A stretch of DNA of 59,296 nt from Anaerolineae bacterium (GCA_049975385.1 JBNGDO010000005.1:1-59296), one strand, 5' to 3'. Positions 16,523 to 25,609 are shown, numbered from the stretch's first letter. The notes: generated from the letters alone by a model not told the origin. Translations and numbers: made by a program.

Positions 16523-17227
16523 ATGCGACGATTGTTTGTTGTTGCGCTGCTATCGCTGGCAGCGTTGGGGACGGCGATCCTGACCTACCCGCTGAACTCT
16601 GTTCAGCGGGTAGCTTTCGCTTGTGACCGGCAAAGTTGTTGGCCCGTGGATCCGCCCGCCGCTGACGTAGATGCGCCTTTTGCTACAGACGCGCCCTTTA
16701 CCGAAAGCGCCATCGACCTGACCGGCGACGGCGTCCCGGAGACGATCTTGCGCGAGGATGAGACCCTGCGCGTCCTACAGGGCGATGTCGAAATCTGGTG
16801 CAGCGACCCGGCGTGGCGCGTGGTGGACGCGACCCTGGGCGACCCCAACGATGACGGGCGCTACGAAATTCTGGCGGCGCTCTGGAAGCCCGACGACGAG
16901 GCCACCCACACCGCGGGCGGCCTTGGCAGCTATCCCTTCATCATCGGGCATCGCGGCGGGGCGATCAAGGTGATCTGGGGTGGTTCTGCCGTGGCGCACG
17001 GCATCCACGAGGTCGCGCTGGCGGACGTGGATGGCGACAAGATAGAGGAATTGCTCGTGTTGGAATCGGCCTGGTCCGGCGATGGACTGGATGCCGCACA
17101 ACGCACGCTCTCCGTGTGGGACTGGCACGGCTGGGGCTTCAACCTGCGCTGGCGGAGTGCGCCGGGGCGCTATCGAGACCTCGGGCTGGCGGAGGGCGGC
17201 ATCATCGTAGTGACCGTAGAAGAATGA
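16523..17227 (+). CDS. secreted protein with FG-GAP/VCBS-like Asp-rich repeats
   Basis: Signal-like MRRLFVVALLSLAALG. Repeated DLTGDGVPE, GDPNDDGRYE and ADVDGDKIEE motifs. Confidence 0.45.
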   Translation: MRRLFVVALLSLAALGTAILTYPLNSVQRVAFACDRQSCWPVDPPAADVDAPFATDAPFTESAIDLTGDGVPETILREDETLRVLQGDVEIWCSDPAWRVVDATLGDPNDDGRYEILAALWKPDDEATHTAGGLGSYPFIIGHRGGAIKVIWGGSAVAHGIHEVALADVDGDKIEELLVLESAWSGDGLDAAQRTLSVWDWHGWGFNLRWRSAPGRYRDLGLAEGGIIVVTVEE

Positions 17228-17240
17228 GCTTGCGGAGAAT

Positions 17241-17332
17241 TTCCCCTCCCCCCTTTAATTCCCCCCGGAGGTGGGAAGATAATGTGCCAGGCCGGTATCT
17301 CCCCCTCCAATGGGGGGACTAAGGGGGGGGAG
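17241..17332. repeat. C-run/G-run element
   Basis: TTCCCCTCCCCCCTTTAATTCCCCCCGGAGGTGGGAAG and CTCCCCCTCCAATGGGGGGACTAAGGGGGGGG. A related stretch lies at 22424-22460 inside the Roc pseudogene. Confidence 0.3.
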
Positions 17333-17370
17333 CGCCAGGTACGTTTGTTTTCTTCGAAGATAGGGTCATA

Positions 17371-17414
17371 ATAGAGGGTGTAATGGTGGTACTGCCCACC
17401 ATTACACCCTCTAT
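17371..17414. repeat. perfect 19-bp inverted repeat
   Basis: ATAGAGGGTGTAATGGTGG (17371-17389), loop TACTGC, CCACCATTACACCCTCTAT (17396-17414). No T-tract follows. Confidence 0.7.
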
Positions 17415-17452
17415 CTTGCCGCTTTAGCGGCCTTTTCTGTGAGGAGGTTACT

Positions 17453-18076
17453 TTGGTGGATACCCTGGTCGTACAAACGCGCTGCGTACGTGAGGCGTGT
17501 TTTCAGACAGAAGCAACGTTGATGGCCGAACTGGCGCAGGGACAACACCCTTCACTGCTCTACATCGGCTGTTCCGATTCGCGCATCCTGCCTTCTCATA
17601 TCTTGGACGCGCATCCCGGCACGGTTTTTACCACACGCAACATCGCCAACATCGTACCACCTTACACGGCGGCACAACAAGGTGAGACGTCGGTGGCTGC
17701 TGTGTTGGAATATGCCGTGCTGCACCTCAAAGTCACGGACATTGTGGTGTGCGGGCACAGTTGTTGCGGGGGAATGCAGGCGCTGGCGCACATCGAAGCG
17801 TTGGAACCGGGATTGCGGCAGTGGGTGCAGTACGCCCAGGACGCCCAAGCGCGCGTCCCGGTTGGGGCGGATGCCGAGACACGGCTGGACGCACTGATCG
17901 AAGCGAACGTGTTGCTGCAACTGGAACACCTGCGCAGTTACCCGTTCGTCGCCGAGGCGGAGCAAGCCGGGACAGTGCGCCTGCACGGCTGGGTGTATGA
18001 TCTCGCCAGCGAGCGAGTCCGCGCTTATGAAGCCGAAACGGGTTGTTTTGTCGAAGAAGCGCCGTTCGGCGGGTGA
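17453..18076 (+). CDS. beta-class carbonic anhydrase
   Basis: CSDSR and VCGHSCCGG zinc-ligand motifs. GAGGAGG lies 6-8 nt upstream of the TTG/GTG at 17453/17456. Confidence 0.85.
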   Translation: MVDTLVVQTRCVREACFQTEATLMAELAQGQHPSLLYIGCSDSRILPSHILDAHPGTVFTTRNIANIVPPYTAAQQGETSVAAVLEYAVLHLKVTDIVVCGHSCCGGMQALAHIEALEPGLRQWVQYAQDAQARVPVGADAETRLDALIEANVLLQLEHLRSYPFVAEAEQAGTVRLHGWVYDLASERVRAYEAETGCFVEEAPFGG

Positions 18077-18122
18077 CTTTTCGAAATCAATCGCGAGGAC
18101 GCCAACAATAATCAGAATGCTT

Positions 18123-18197
18123 GCGCCGGATCATAATCCGGCGCTTCAGGAACGGCGGATTGTGATCCGCCTTAAGCGCTGAAAAGCGTTATTTTTT
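18123..18197 (+). terminator. three consecutive hairpins, the last with a T-tract
   Basis: GCGCCGGAT/ATCCGGCGC (18123-18144); GGCGGAT/ATCCGCC (18154-18171); AAGCGC/GCGTT followed by T6 (18174-18197). Confidence 0.45.
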
Positions 18198-18211
18198 GCA
18201 GGAGTCAACCG

Positions 18212-18814
18212 ATGACGACAGAACTTGCATCGCCAATTCAACTTCCTGAGAACTACGAAGAAGTCTTGTACTGGAAACTCTCTCACCACAAAAAACTGCT
18301 CGTAGTGCTGAACGTGGTCGGGCTGGCGCTGATGGGATTGGCGCTGGCGCTGTTCTTTGCCTGGGCGCGTTTGTGGCAGACCACAGTTGAATCGTTCAAT
18401 ATTGGCATCTTACAGATGGGCACGGTGTTTATCGCCGTCGTCCTGACGATCATATTGCATGAACTCACTCACGGTCTGGCACTGCGCACTTACGGCGCGC
18501 ACCCGAAATACGGCGTGATGTGGAAAGAGATGATGTTCTACGCAACCGCGGCCGGCTACGCCTTTCGCCGCAATGCCTACATCGTCATCGCGCTCGCGCC
18601 GCTGGTGGGCCTGAGCCTGGTGGGGATGGCGTTGCTCATGCTCCCGCTGACTGGTTGGCTGGTGTGGGCCATCGTCATTTGTGCCGCGCTCAACGTCGGT
18701 AGCGCCATCGGCGACCTGTGGCTGGTGCGCGTCGCGTTGGGGTATCCGCCCTCGGCCTACGTCGTGGATGAGAAGGACGGGCTGCGCGTGTTCATGCCGG
18801 TTGTGGAGTCGTGA
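18212..18814 (+). CDS. DUF3267-like membrane protein with HExxH motif
   Basis: HELTHG motif and several TM segments. Confidence 0.6.
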   Translation: MTTELASPIQLPENYEEVLYWKLSHHKKLLVVLNVVGLALMGLALALFFAWARLWQTTVESFNIGILQMGTVFIAVVLTIILHELTHGLALRTYGAHPKYGVMWKEMMFYATAAGYAFRRNAYIVIALAPLVGLSLVGMALLMLPLTGWLVWAIVICAALNVGSAIGDLWLVRVALGYPPSAYVVDEKDGLRVFMPVVES

Positions 18815-18815
18815 C

Positions 18816-19883
18816 GTGACCCGATCGTATCCCTACTGGGGACTCAGCCTCGCGTTGTGCGCCGCGCTGCTGCCGGCCTGCACGTCCTCTTCGTCCCCGG
18901 CGGCTGAGACGCCGGAACCTACGCTCACGTCCAAGTCCAGCGCGGCGATGCTCATCGCTAACTCACCGGTGCCCCCTTTGCCCTCTGCGACATTGCCATT
19001 GCCCACGCCCCAACCCACGCCACCTGCGCGCGAATTTGCCATCGTCGGCTATTTGCCTGACTATCGCACGCTCGATCCGGAGTGGGGGCACTACGTCACC
19101 GACATCGTCTACTTTTCCGCCGGCCTGCGTTCCTCCGGTGAACTGGACACCGGCAGGTTGAGTGCCCAGACGCTCATGGCCTTGCGTGAGATGAGCGCCA
19201 CTTACGGGACGCGGGTGTACGTCGCCATCGGCGGGTGGGCGCGCTCGGAAAACTTCGCCGCCGTCGCCACAGCCCCAGACCTGCGGGCACAGGCCGTGCA
19301 GGCGATCACCGCGTACTGCCTGGAAAACGGGCTGGACGGCGTGGATTTCGATTGGGAGTTTCCCGAAAACGCAGCGGAAAGGGCCGGTTACGTGGCGCTG
19401 CTCGCGGAAGTCCGCCAGGCGGTTGCACCGCATCACATGCGGGTCAGCGTAGCGTTGGCAGCCTGGCAAGACCTGGGCGACGATCTCTACTCCGCCGTGG
19501 ATCGCATCCACGTCATGGCCTACGACCACGAAGGCCGCCATTCGACGTTCGAGCAGGCTACAGGGGACATCCAGGCGTTCATCAAGCGTGGCGCGCCGCC
19601 GGAAAAGCTCCTGCTCGGCGTGCCATTTTACGGGCGCGATGTGTATGATTTCTCCACTGCTCTGACCTATGCGGAGATCGTACAGCGTCACCATCCCGCG
19701 CCGGACGTGGACGAGGCCGGCGACGTCTACTTCAACGGGATTACGATCATCCAGCGGAAAACGCGCTATGCCCTGGAGCAGCAGTTGGGCGGCGTGATGA
19801 TCTGGGAGTTGGGACAGGATACCTCGGATGAGATGTCCTTGCTGCGGGCGATTGCCCAAGTCACGACACACGATGGATTTTAG
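18816..19883 (+). CDS. glycoside hydrolase family 18 (chitinase-like) lipoprotein
   Basis: DGVDFDWEFP catalytic motif. The GTG at 18816 gives signal/lipobox LLPAC. The longer ORF start at 18681 overlaps the previous gene. Confidence 0.8.
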   Translation: MTRSYPYWGLSLALCAALLPACTSSSSPAAETPEPTLTSKSSAAMLIANSPVPPLPSATLPLPTPQPTPPAREFAIVGYLPDYRTLDPEWGHYVTDIVYFSAGLRSSGELDTGRLSAQTLMALREMSATYGTRVYVAIGGWARSENFAAVATAPDLRAQAVQAITAYCLENGLDGVDFDWEFPENAAERAGYVALLAEVRQAVAPHHMRVSVALAAWQDLGDDLYSAVDRIHVMAYDHEGRHSTFEQATGDIQAFIKRGAPPEKLLLGVPFYGRDVYDFSTALTYAEIVQRHHPAPDVDEAGDVYFNGITIIQRKTRYALEQQLGGVMIWELGQDTSDEMSLLRAIAQVTTHDGF

Positions 19884-19906
19884 CCATCGTTCCCCTTTAG
19901 CGAACT

Positions 19907-20774
19907 GTGCCCAAAGCCCTGATCGTCTACTTCTCGCAAGGCGGCACCACCGCGACGATTTGCGTCCGCGATTCGCGATGGCCTCTGCGTTTCCGGCTAC
20001 ACGGTCCAGGTGTGCAACCTCGGTGAGGCAACGCCGCCCGCAATTGAGCGCTATGACGTGCTGGGCATCGGCTTTCCGGTGTACGTCTTTCGACCGCCGC
20101 ACAACGTCATCGATTACGTGCGGGGACTGCCCGATCTTGCCGGGAAACCGTTCTTCGTCTTTGCGCTCTACGGGAATGCCCGTGGCGATGCCGGGACGTG
20201 GATGCGCCGGGCATTGGCGCAGAAGGGCGGGCAGGAGAAAGGCTACTTTACCACGCGGGGTGCGGAGTACTACTACGGCTACCTTCGACACGGGTACCTG
20301 TTTTCGCCAGACCATCCGACCGCAGAGGCTATCGCCAAAGCTCGGGATTTCGGCACGCAGATTGCCGCCCGCGTTGCGGGAAAATCCTACGAGCGCGAAC
20401 CTTTGGATGCCCCGCCGAACTTGGTGCACCGGTTGGAGCGCGCCTTCACCAGGCACTGGCTGATTCGCGCTGTGTACAGCCGTCTATTCCGCGTCAATTC
20501 GGATGCGTGCATCGGCTGTGGACGCTGCGTGCAGGTCTGTCCCACGCACAACATTACCCTCGATGCGAAAACGCATCCTCAATGGGGCCGCCGGTGCCTG
20601 TTGTGCCAGTACTGCGAGATGGTGTGTCCGGCAGAGGCGATCGTCTCGCCGTTGAGCCGGCCCATCGCGCAGCCGTTCATCCGCTACAACATCCGCTACG
20701 CGCTGCGCGATCCCCAAGTGGATTACGCCCCCGTCATCCACGAAAACGGTCGCACGCGCCGCCTGGATGGTTAG
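19907..20774 (+). pseudogene. flavodoxin-like + 2x[4Fe-4S] ferredoxin fusion protein, interrupted by a +1 frameshift near 19959-19961
   Basis: Frame A from the GTG at 19907 reads VPKALIVYFSQGGTTATI. Frame B continues AIRDGLCVSGYTVQVCNLGEA... up to CIGCGRCVQVCP and CLLCQYCEMVCP. Removing one T from ATTT (19958-19961) joins them as ...TTATIASAIRDGL.... Confidence 0.7.
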
Positions 20775-20837
20775 GGGGCACGAGTATACGTCGCAAGCCG
20801 GTGTCCGGCCGGAGTTGGCGACGTGTACGCACCGGCT

Positions 20838-23189
20838 TCAGCCGGTTCCCTCAGCGAGGCGGATGAGGGTGTTGTGGAGGGCGTCGCCGGGATCGACTTT
20901 CTCGGCCAGGACGCGGAGCACGAGGGCCAACGCGCTTTCTCCACGAGACGTGCGTTGCTCAAGCAGCGCGTCGATGAGCGCATCCACCCGCGCTTCCCGA
21001 TTGCGCGCGCTGTCGGGGATGCGGTCGCGCCAGGGATAGATAGAGCCGTGCATCGGTGAAAAGCGTACGCAGGGCGGCGTCGCTGTCGAGCGGGCCGCAG
21101 CGTAGAAGAGCCTCGCGCAGCCGGGGGAGCACTCTACCGGATAAGCCGCTGCCGCGTCCGCCGCGTACCTCCACCCCGTCCAAAAGGTGCCGCACGTTGA
21201 TCATTTCGGTGAGGCCAGGGGGTGGGAATTCGGTAAACCCTTTGCGCTCCAGCTCACGCAACCACCTGTAATCCACCGGTGGGATTTCAGGATGCCCCGG
21301 CACGGGAACTTTCTCGGCGGCTTCCAGCCCCGCGAGGCTGGCGTGGATGCCTCCCAGGTGCTCGCGGATGCGGGTGAGCAATTCACGGCGACCGTAGGCC
21401 GGCCCGCGCACGGCGATGGTGATGCGGTTGGCGACAAGATCAGCCTTGACCAATGCCTCATTGCCGTCGCAGGCCAGCAGAACGCCGGTGCGCCAGACGG
21501 GACGCACATCCGCAGCGGGAATATGCCGGTGCATCCGCACGATGAGGCGGGTGAGGATGCTGCCGGGCAGCACGGGATAATGGACTTCAAAACGCAGTGC
21601 GCTGTTCCACGCGCCGGTATCCGGTTCCTCTTTGGGCAGCAGGTCGGGGATGAGGTAGGTGTTTGGGCGGTCGGGGAGTTCGTAGCAGAGTTCGAACTTC
21701 TGCATCATATCCACGATGAACATGCGCTTTTCCTGGTAGGGTTCGTCATCGAGGATGCGGGCAAGCATGTCCCAGGTGAGGATGCCCTGTTCGGCGAAGA
21801 GCAGGCGGGTGTTGAGGATACGGTAGACGCCCTGCGTCACCCACTCCGGGTTGAGGATGTTGGTGGTTTCCAGGCGGGGATCGGGGAAGTGGAGGACGAC
21901 GCCCAGGTCGTGGAGGAAGCCCAGGAGCACGCGCTGGCTGTCGGGATGATCCACCTTTTTCTCACAGCAGAGTTCCGCGTAGCGGCTGTAGGGGATGTAG
22001 TCCGCGTCCAGCGTTTCGAGTTCGGCTTTCACGTCGAACCAGGTCGTGACCAGCGGATCGGCGACGTGGGGCATAAGGTTGATTTGTTTCGCTACTGCCG
22101 ATCGGAGGTCGGCGATCCCAGCGCCAGTCGCGCAGGACGTATCGAGGATGGTCGGGACGGCAGGATACTTCGCCAGCAGGCCGCGCCGGTCGAGGTCGAG
22201 CGGGTGCTGGTCGGTTTTGTTGCCGACGACGAGGATGGGCGAATCCCCACCGAAACTGCGGATGAGCGTGAGCCAGTAGTCGAGGCGGTTTTCGGCTTCG
22301 CTGTAGCGGCTGTCGAACACCAGCACGTACAGCGTGCGCTTCGTTAGAAAGAACTGGTGCGTCGCGTGCATGATCTCCTGCCCGCCGAAATCCCACACGT
22401 TCACCCGAATTTGCCTCCCCTTTTCTTCCCCCCGTCGGGGGGTATTGAGGGGGGGAACCACCGGTGAATTGCGATGCCCTCCGTCTTCTCCGAATTAGGA
22501 TCAAACGAGCCATAGAGCAAGCGATTGACAAGCGATGTTTTGCCAACGCTGCCCTCGCCGACGAGGACAAGTTTGACTTCGTTGAGGGGGCGCTTTTGCC
22601 CGGCGAGATAGTCGAAGTAGGCGTGAAGGATGACTTGGGCGTCCTTGGGATTTTCCAGAATTTCAGGAGGGAGGGGGAGGCCGGGATTTCTGCGGAGATC
22701 AAGGTACTGCAAGGCGGTCAACAGGCCGATCTCATAGGGAAGCGTGTTGAGTCGTCCACCTTGATAGTTCGGGGGAAGGTTCTCGGGTTCAGTGGCGACT
22801 TCCCGGAGACGATTATCCAGGGTGACGGGTTTGGCGACGGTTTCACAAGAACGCCCCCCAAGATACGAGCTGGTTTACCACCTTCGAATATTTCCCAGAC
22901 CCTAGGACCTGCAACAGAGAGAGTTGTCAGGTCTGTCAACTGGCCAATCTCTGGAGGGAGGGTCGTTAGGCTGTTGGCGCTGAGATTAAGGGATTTTAGG
23001 GGTGATCAACCGGCCGATCTCCGGGGGAAGAACTGTGAGTTGATTGTAGCTGAGGTCGAGGGATTGCAGAGTGATCAACCGGCCGATCTCTGGGGGGAGT
23101 TCGGTGAGACCCTGGTCGCGGAGGTCGAGCTCGTTCAAGCCGTCCGCGACGGCTCGGTCTATGAGTTTGAGCAGTTCATCTTGAGTCAT
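20838..23189 (-). pseudogene. LRR-Roc(GTPase)-COR protein with helical C-terminal tail, broken by at least four frame disruptions
   Basis: Fragments found: LRR (LTELPPEIGRLITLQSLDLSYNQL), P-loop GEGSVGKTS, VWDFGGQ, NKTD, a long COR-like region, and a tail ...PWRDRIPDSARNREARVDALIDALLEQ. Frame breaks lie at the G4 run 22999-23002, within 22740-22930, at the G7 run 22449-22455 and at the GATAGATA duplication 21035-21042. Confidence 0.75.
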
Positions 23190-23207
23190 CGTCCACCTCC
23201 ATCAGAG

Positions 23208-23366
23208 CTACCCCCCATTGAGTACCGTCTGCAGCACCCGCCCACGGACCTCCTCCGCCTGGACGACGCCCGCCGCGAGCGCATCGCACAGCGCCAGCAG
23301 CGCGCGGGAGACAACCACGGATGGAGAAATAGACGATGAACCCCTGCTCTTACCGTCCATTTCCAT
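23208..23366 (-). CDS. possible 52-aa ORF (not in the ORF track)
   Basis: Its ATG overlaps the upstream stop as TAATG at 23366. It ends ...AEEVRGRVLQTVLNGG, repeating the tail of the upstream gene. No function recognised. Confidence 0.25.
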   Translation of the reverse strand: MEMDGKSRGSSSISPSVVVSRALLALCDALAAGVVQAEEVRGRVLQTVLNGG

Positions 23367-23635
23367 TATCCGTGGTGCTCCCCGCCCCCATTAAGCACCG
23401 CCTGCAGCAGCCGCGCACGGACCTCCCCTACATTGGCTGTGTATAGCTTATCACGATCTACACATACCTCTTGGCCTAAATCGAACTGCCGCACTTTGAA
23501 CGGTTTGGGGACAGTGGTGGGTTTGTCGCGCACAAGATTAGGGCGCATATCCTGTTTGAGGGATTGAAGGATGAGTTCGATCATTCGGATACGCTCTGCC
23601 GCGGATACTTGCCGAATCTGCGTTAAATCAACCAT
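23366..23635 (-). CDS. hypothetical 89-aa protein, N-terminus reminiscent of antitoxin-type helical proteins
   Basis: The ATG at 23635 is preceded by AAGGAAG. Sequence MVDLTQIRQVSAAERIRMIELILQSL.... Confidence 0.45.
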   Translation of the reverse strand: MVDLTQIRQVSAAERIRMIELILQSLKQDMRPNLVRDKPTTVPKPFKVRQFDLGQEVCVDRDKLYTANVGEVRARLLQAVLNGGGEHHG

Positions 23636-23806
23636 TGCCCTGGCTTCCTTTTGGTTGCACAGATGAACTCTCTTGTCTCTATCATACCACAAACCCTTTA
23701 CCATACAGATAGACCAACCGTTCATTTATGCGTTCCCTATTCGCGGTTGGCCTGCCCGCGCCCTGCCCAGGAGGACGAAACCTGCTCCCACGATAACATC
23801 CGCTGA

Positions 23807-24637
23807 TTATCCTGCTTCCTGCTCAGTCTCGCGTCCGGTCAGCGGCAGCCGCAAGACTTCGCCCGGATCCGGTTGCAGGAAGTCTGCATCAAGATTGGCG
23901 ATATAGGGAAGTGCGTCGTGAGGATCGCATCCGCCGAACGAGCCGGGAGGCATGTCGAACAGTCCGTAGTGATAGGCCAGCATAACCTTGGCCCCGGAGG
24001 TGTAGGCCAGTCTTGCGGACCCTTCAGGCCCCAGGTGAGCGTCAACGGCGGCGACATCGAAGAATAACACATCGACGCCCCGGATGTCCTCCAGTTCCAG
24101 GATCAGGCGCGTGTCACCTGGATGCCAGATCACGCCATCCGGCGTCGTGATCAAGAAGCCGCAGCAATCCTCGCGTTGCCAGGGATCCACCTCCTGCCAA
24201 TCGTGCAGGGCCGGCGTGATCGCGATCTCGGCATCGCCACAAGACACGGAGGCGAAATCCTTTGCCACGGTGATGCGGTCCTCGTCGACGCCGATAGCGC
24301 GCAATTCCTTAGCCACAGGGGCCGGCGCCAGAAATCGCGGCTTCGGTCTGCGATCCAGTATCGTCGCGGTGGGCACGGCGAAATGGTCGAAATCAGCGTG
24401 CGTATAACAGACGAGGTCGGCCTTGGGAACGTCCTCGGAGGTGATCGGGAGCGGGGTCACCAGACGATGGCCTGTTTCGCACAGGTCGGGCGTGGCACCA
24501 TAGGTGAGCAGCGGATCGATGAAGATGATCGTGCCACGGCTGTTGATCAATGCGCCTGCCATCCCCAACCACGAGAGCCGTGTGTCGTCACACACATCAA
24601 AAAACGCCCTCGAAATGCTGATGGTCTTCACCGCCAT
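23807..24637 (-). CDS. MBL-fold metallo-hydrolase
   Basis: CYTHADFDHF (HxHxDH-type) motif. Lies 9 nt downstream of the nitroreductase gene. Confidence 0.8.
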   Translation of the reverse strand: MAVKTISISRAFFDVCDDTRLSWLGMAGALINSRGTIIFIDPLLTYGATPDLCETGHRLVTPLPITSEDVPKADLVCYTHADFDHFAVPTATILDRRPKPRFLAPAPVAKELRAIGVDEDRITVAKDFASVSCGDAEIAITPALHDWQEVDPWQREDCCGFLITTPDGVIWHPGDTRLILELEDIRGVDVLFFDVAAVDAHLGPEGSARLAYTSGAKVMLAYHYGLFDMPPGSFGGCDPHDALPYIANLDADFLQPDPGEVLRLPLTGRETEQEAG

Positions 24638-24646
24638 CGTTTTCTC

Positions 24647-25225
24647 CTATAAAGAGGCCGCAGGGCCAAACTCCAGGATATTTCCCGGCCTGGGGTTCCT
24701 CGTTCGCTCTGTATCATATTTCCCCCAGTGTACCGCTTCTTCCAGGTATTTTGTCCTGGGCTTCTTCTCTTCAGCGGGATAGCCGACGTAGAGCATCCCT
24801 ACAGCCTCGATGTCGTCCGGTATGTCGAGTTGTGCCTTAACTTTTTCCCGGTCAAAACCGCCAATGCACACGGTTCCCAACCCCAGTGCGGGCGCGGCGA
24901 TCATCATGTTTTCCATCGCGCAGGCACAATCTATGATTCCATAGCCTTTCCAGGGGATAAATTCGTTATTCCCGCAGATGACGACGATCACTGGCGGATT
25001 ATAGCCCGCATACGCCTCTATGCCTGCCTCTATTTCTCTGATGCTGTCTTTATCGTCAATGACAATGAAATCCCATGGTTGGATGTTGCAAGCCGACGGT
25101 GCGGCCATGGCGGCTTTCAATAGCGTCTCAAGTTTGTCTCTTTCAACGGATTTATCCTGAACAAACTGCCTTATGCTTCTTCTTGCGTAGATGGCATTGA
25201 GAATAAGTTCTTCAGAAGATTTCAC
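24647..25225 (-). CDS. nitroreductase-family flavoprotein
   Basis: RRSIRQF and APSACNIQPW motifs. The GTG at 25225 lies 8 nt after AAGGAG. Confidence 0.8.
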   Translation of the reverse strand: MKSSEELILNAIYARRSIRQFVQDKSVERDKLETLLKAAMAAPSACNIQPWDFIVIDDKDSIREIEAGIEAYAGYNPPVIVVICGNNEFIPWKGYGIIDCACAMENMMIAAPALGLGTVCIGGFDREKVKAQLDIPDDIEAVGMLYVGYPAEEKKPRTKYLEEAVHWGKYDTERTRNPRPGNILEFGPAASL

Positions 25226-25306
25226 TTGCCGGACTCCTTTTCTGTTCTTTGTGTGTGATAACGCATCCGCAAAATGAGCCGCGGGTTGCACTACCCTTGC
25301 GCGAAG

Positions 25307-25334
25307 ATTATAGGAGAAGGCAGGCAGGTTGCAA
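25307..25334 (-). promoter_or_regulatory. candidate promoter of the nitroreductase/MBL operon
   Basis: On the minus strand: TTGCAA (25329-25334), 16-nt spacer, TATAAT (25307-25312). Confidence 0.45.
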
Positions 25335-25453
25335 GCCAGGTAGGGCTATCGCATTTAACCTCGTATTTTCTCGACCTATGGCATAACAGGATGTAACCCT
25401 TCCCCCTGCTCCCTTCCCGCACGCGGGAGGGGTGTGATTAATACGGTTTACAG

Positions 25454-25483
25454 TTTTTGGGCGCGTTACGCCGCGCCCAAAAA
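25454..25483. repeat. 30-nt palindrome (12-bp stem)
   Basis: TTTTTGGGCGCG, loop TTACGC, CGCGCCCAAAAA. The T-run precedes and the A-run follows on both strands, so this is not a canonical terminator. Confidence 0.6.
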
Positions 25484-25609
25484 CCACATAAAAGGTGTTG
25501 CCTGTCTGCGCAGAGAGCAGGGGGGGGTAAACTTGAAATACGATAACCTTGGCGAGCCGGTTGGCAGCAATGCGGCTATCGCGTCCTTGGAGATCTATTC
25601 TTATTCTAA

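Noticed and set aside
18963-20456. 497-aa minus-strand ORF spanning the GH18 and flavodoxin-ferredoxin genes
   Set aside because: It overlaps two plus-strand genes that carry clear catalytic motifs. The product is low-complexity and Arg-rich.
21187-23339. Plus-strand ORFs of 386 aa (21187..22347) and 291 aa (22464..23339)
   Set aside because: They are antisense to the Roc-COR/LRR fragments, which carry P-loop, DFGGQ, NKTD and LRR signatures. The plus-strand products have no motifs.
23208-23425. The ...VLNGG endings as double-glycine leader peptides of a RiPP or bacteriocin
   Set aside because: One ORF stops immediately after GG and the other has only GEHHG after it, so there is no core peptide. 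No peptidase-domain ABC exporter or modifying enzyme lies nearby.
25454-25483. The 12-bp-stem palindrome as a bidirectional terminator or the end of an sRNA
   Set aside because: The T-run precedes and the A-run follows the GC core on both strands, the reverse of a terminator. No convergent genes end here.
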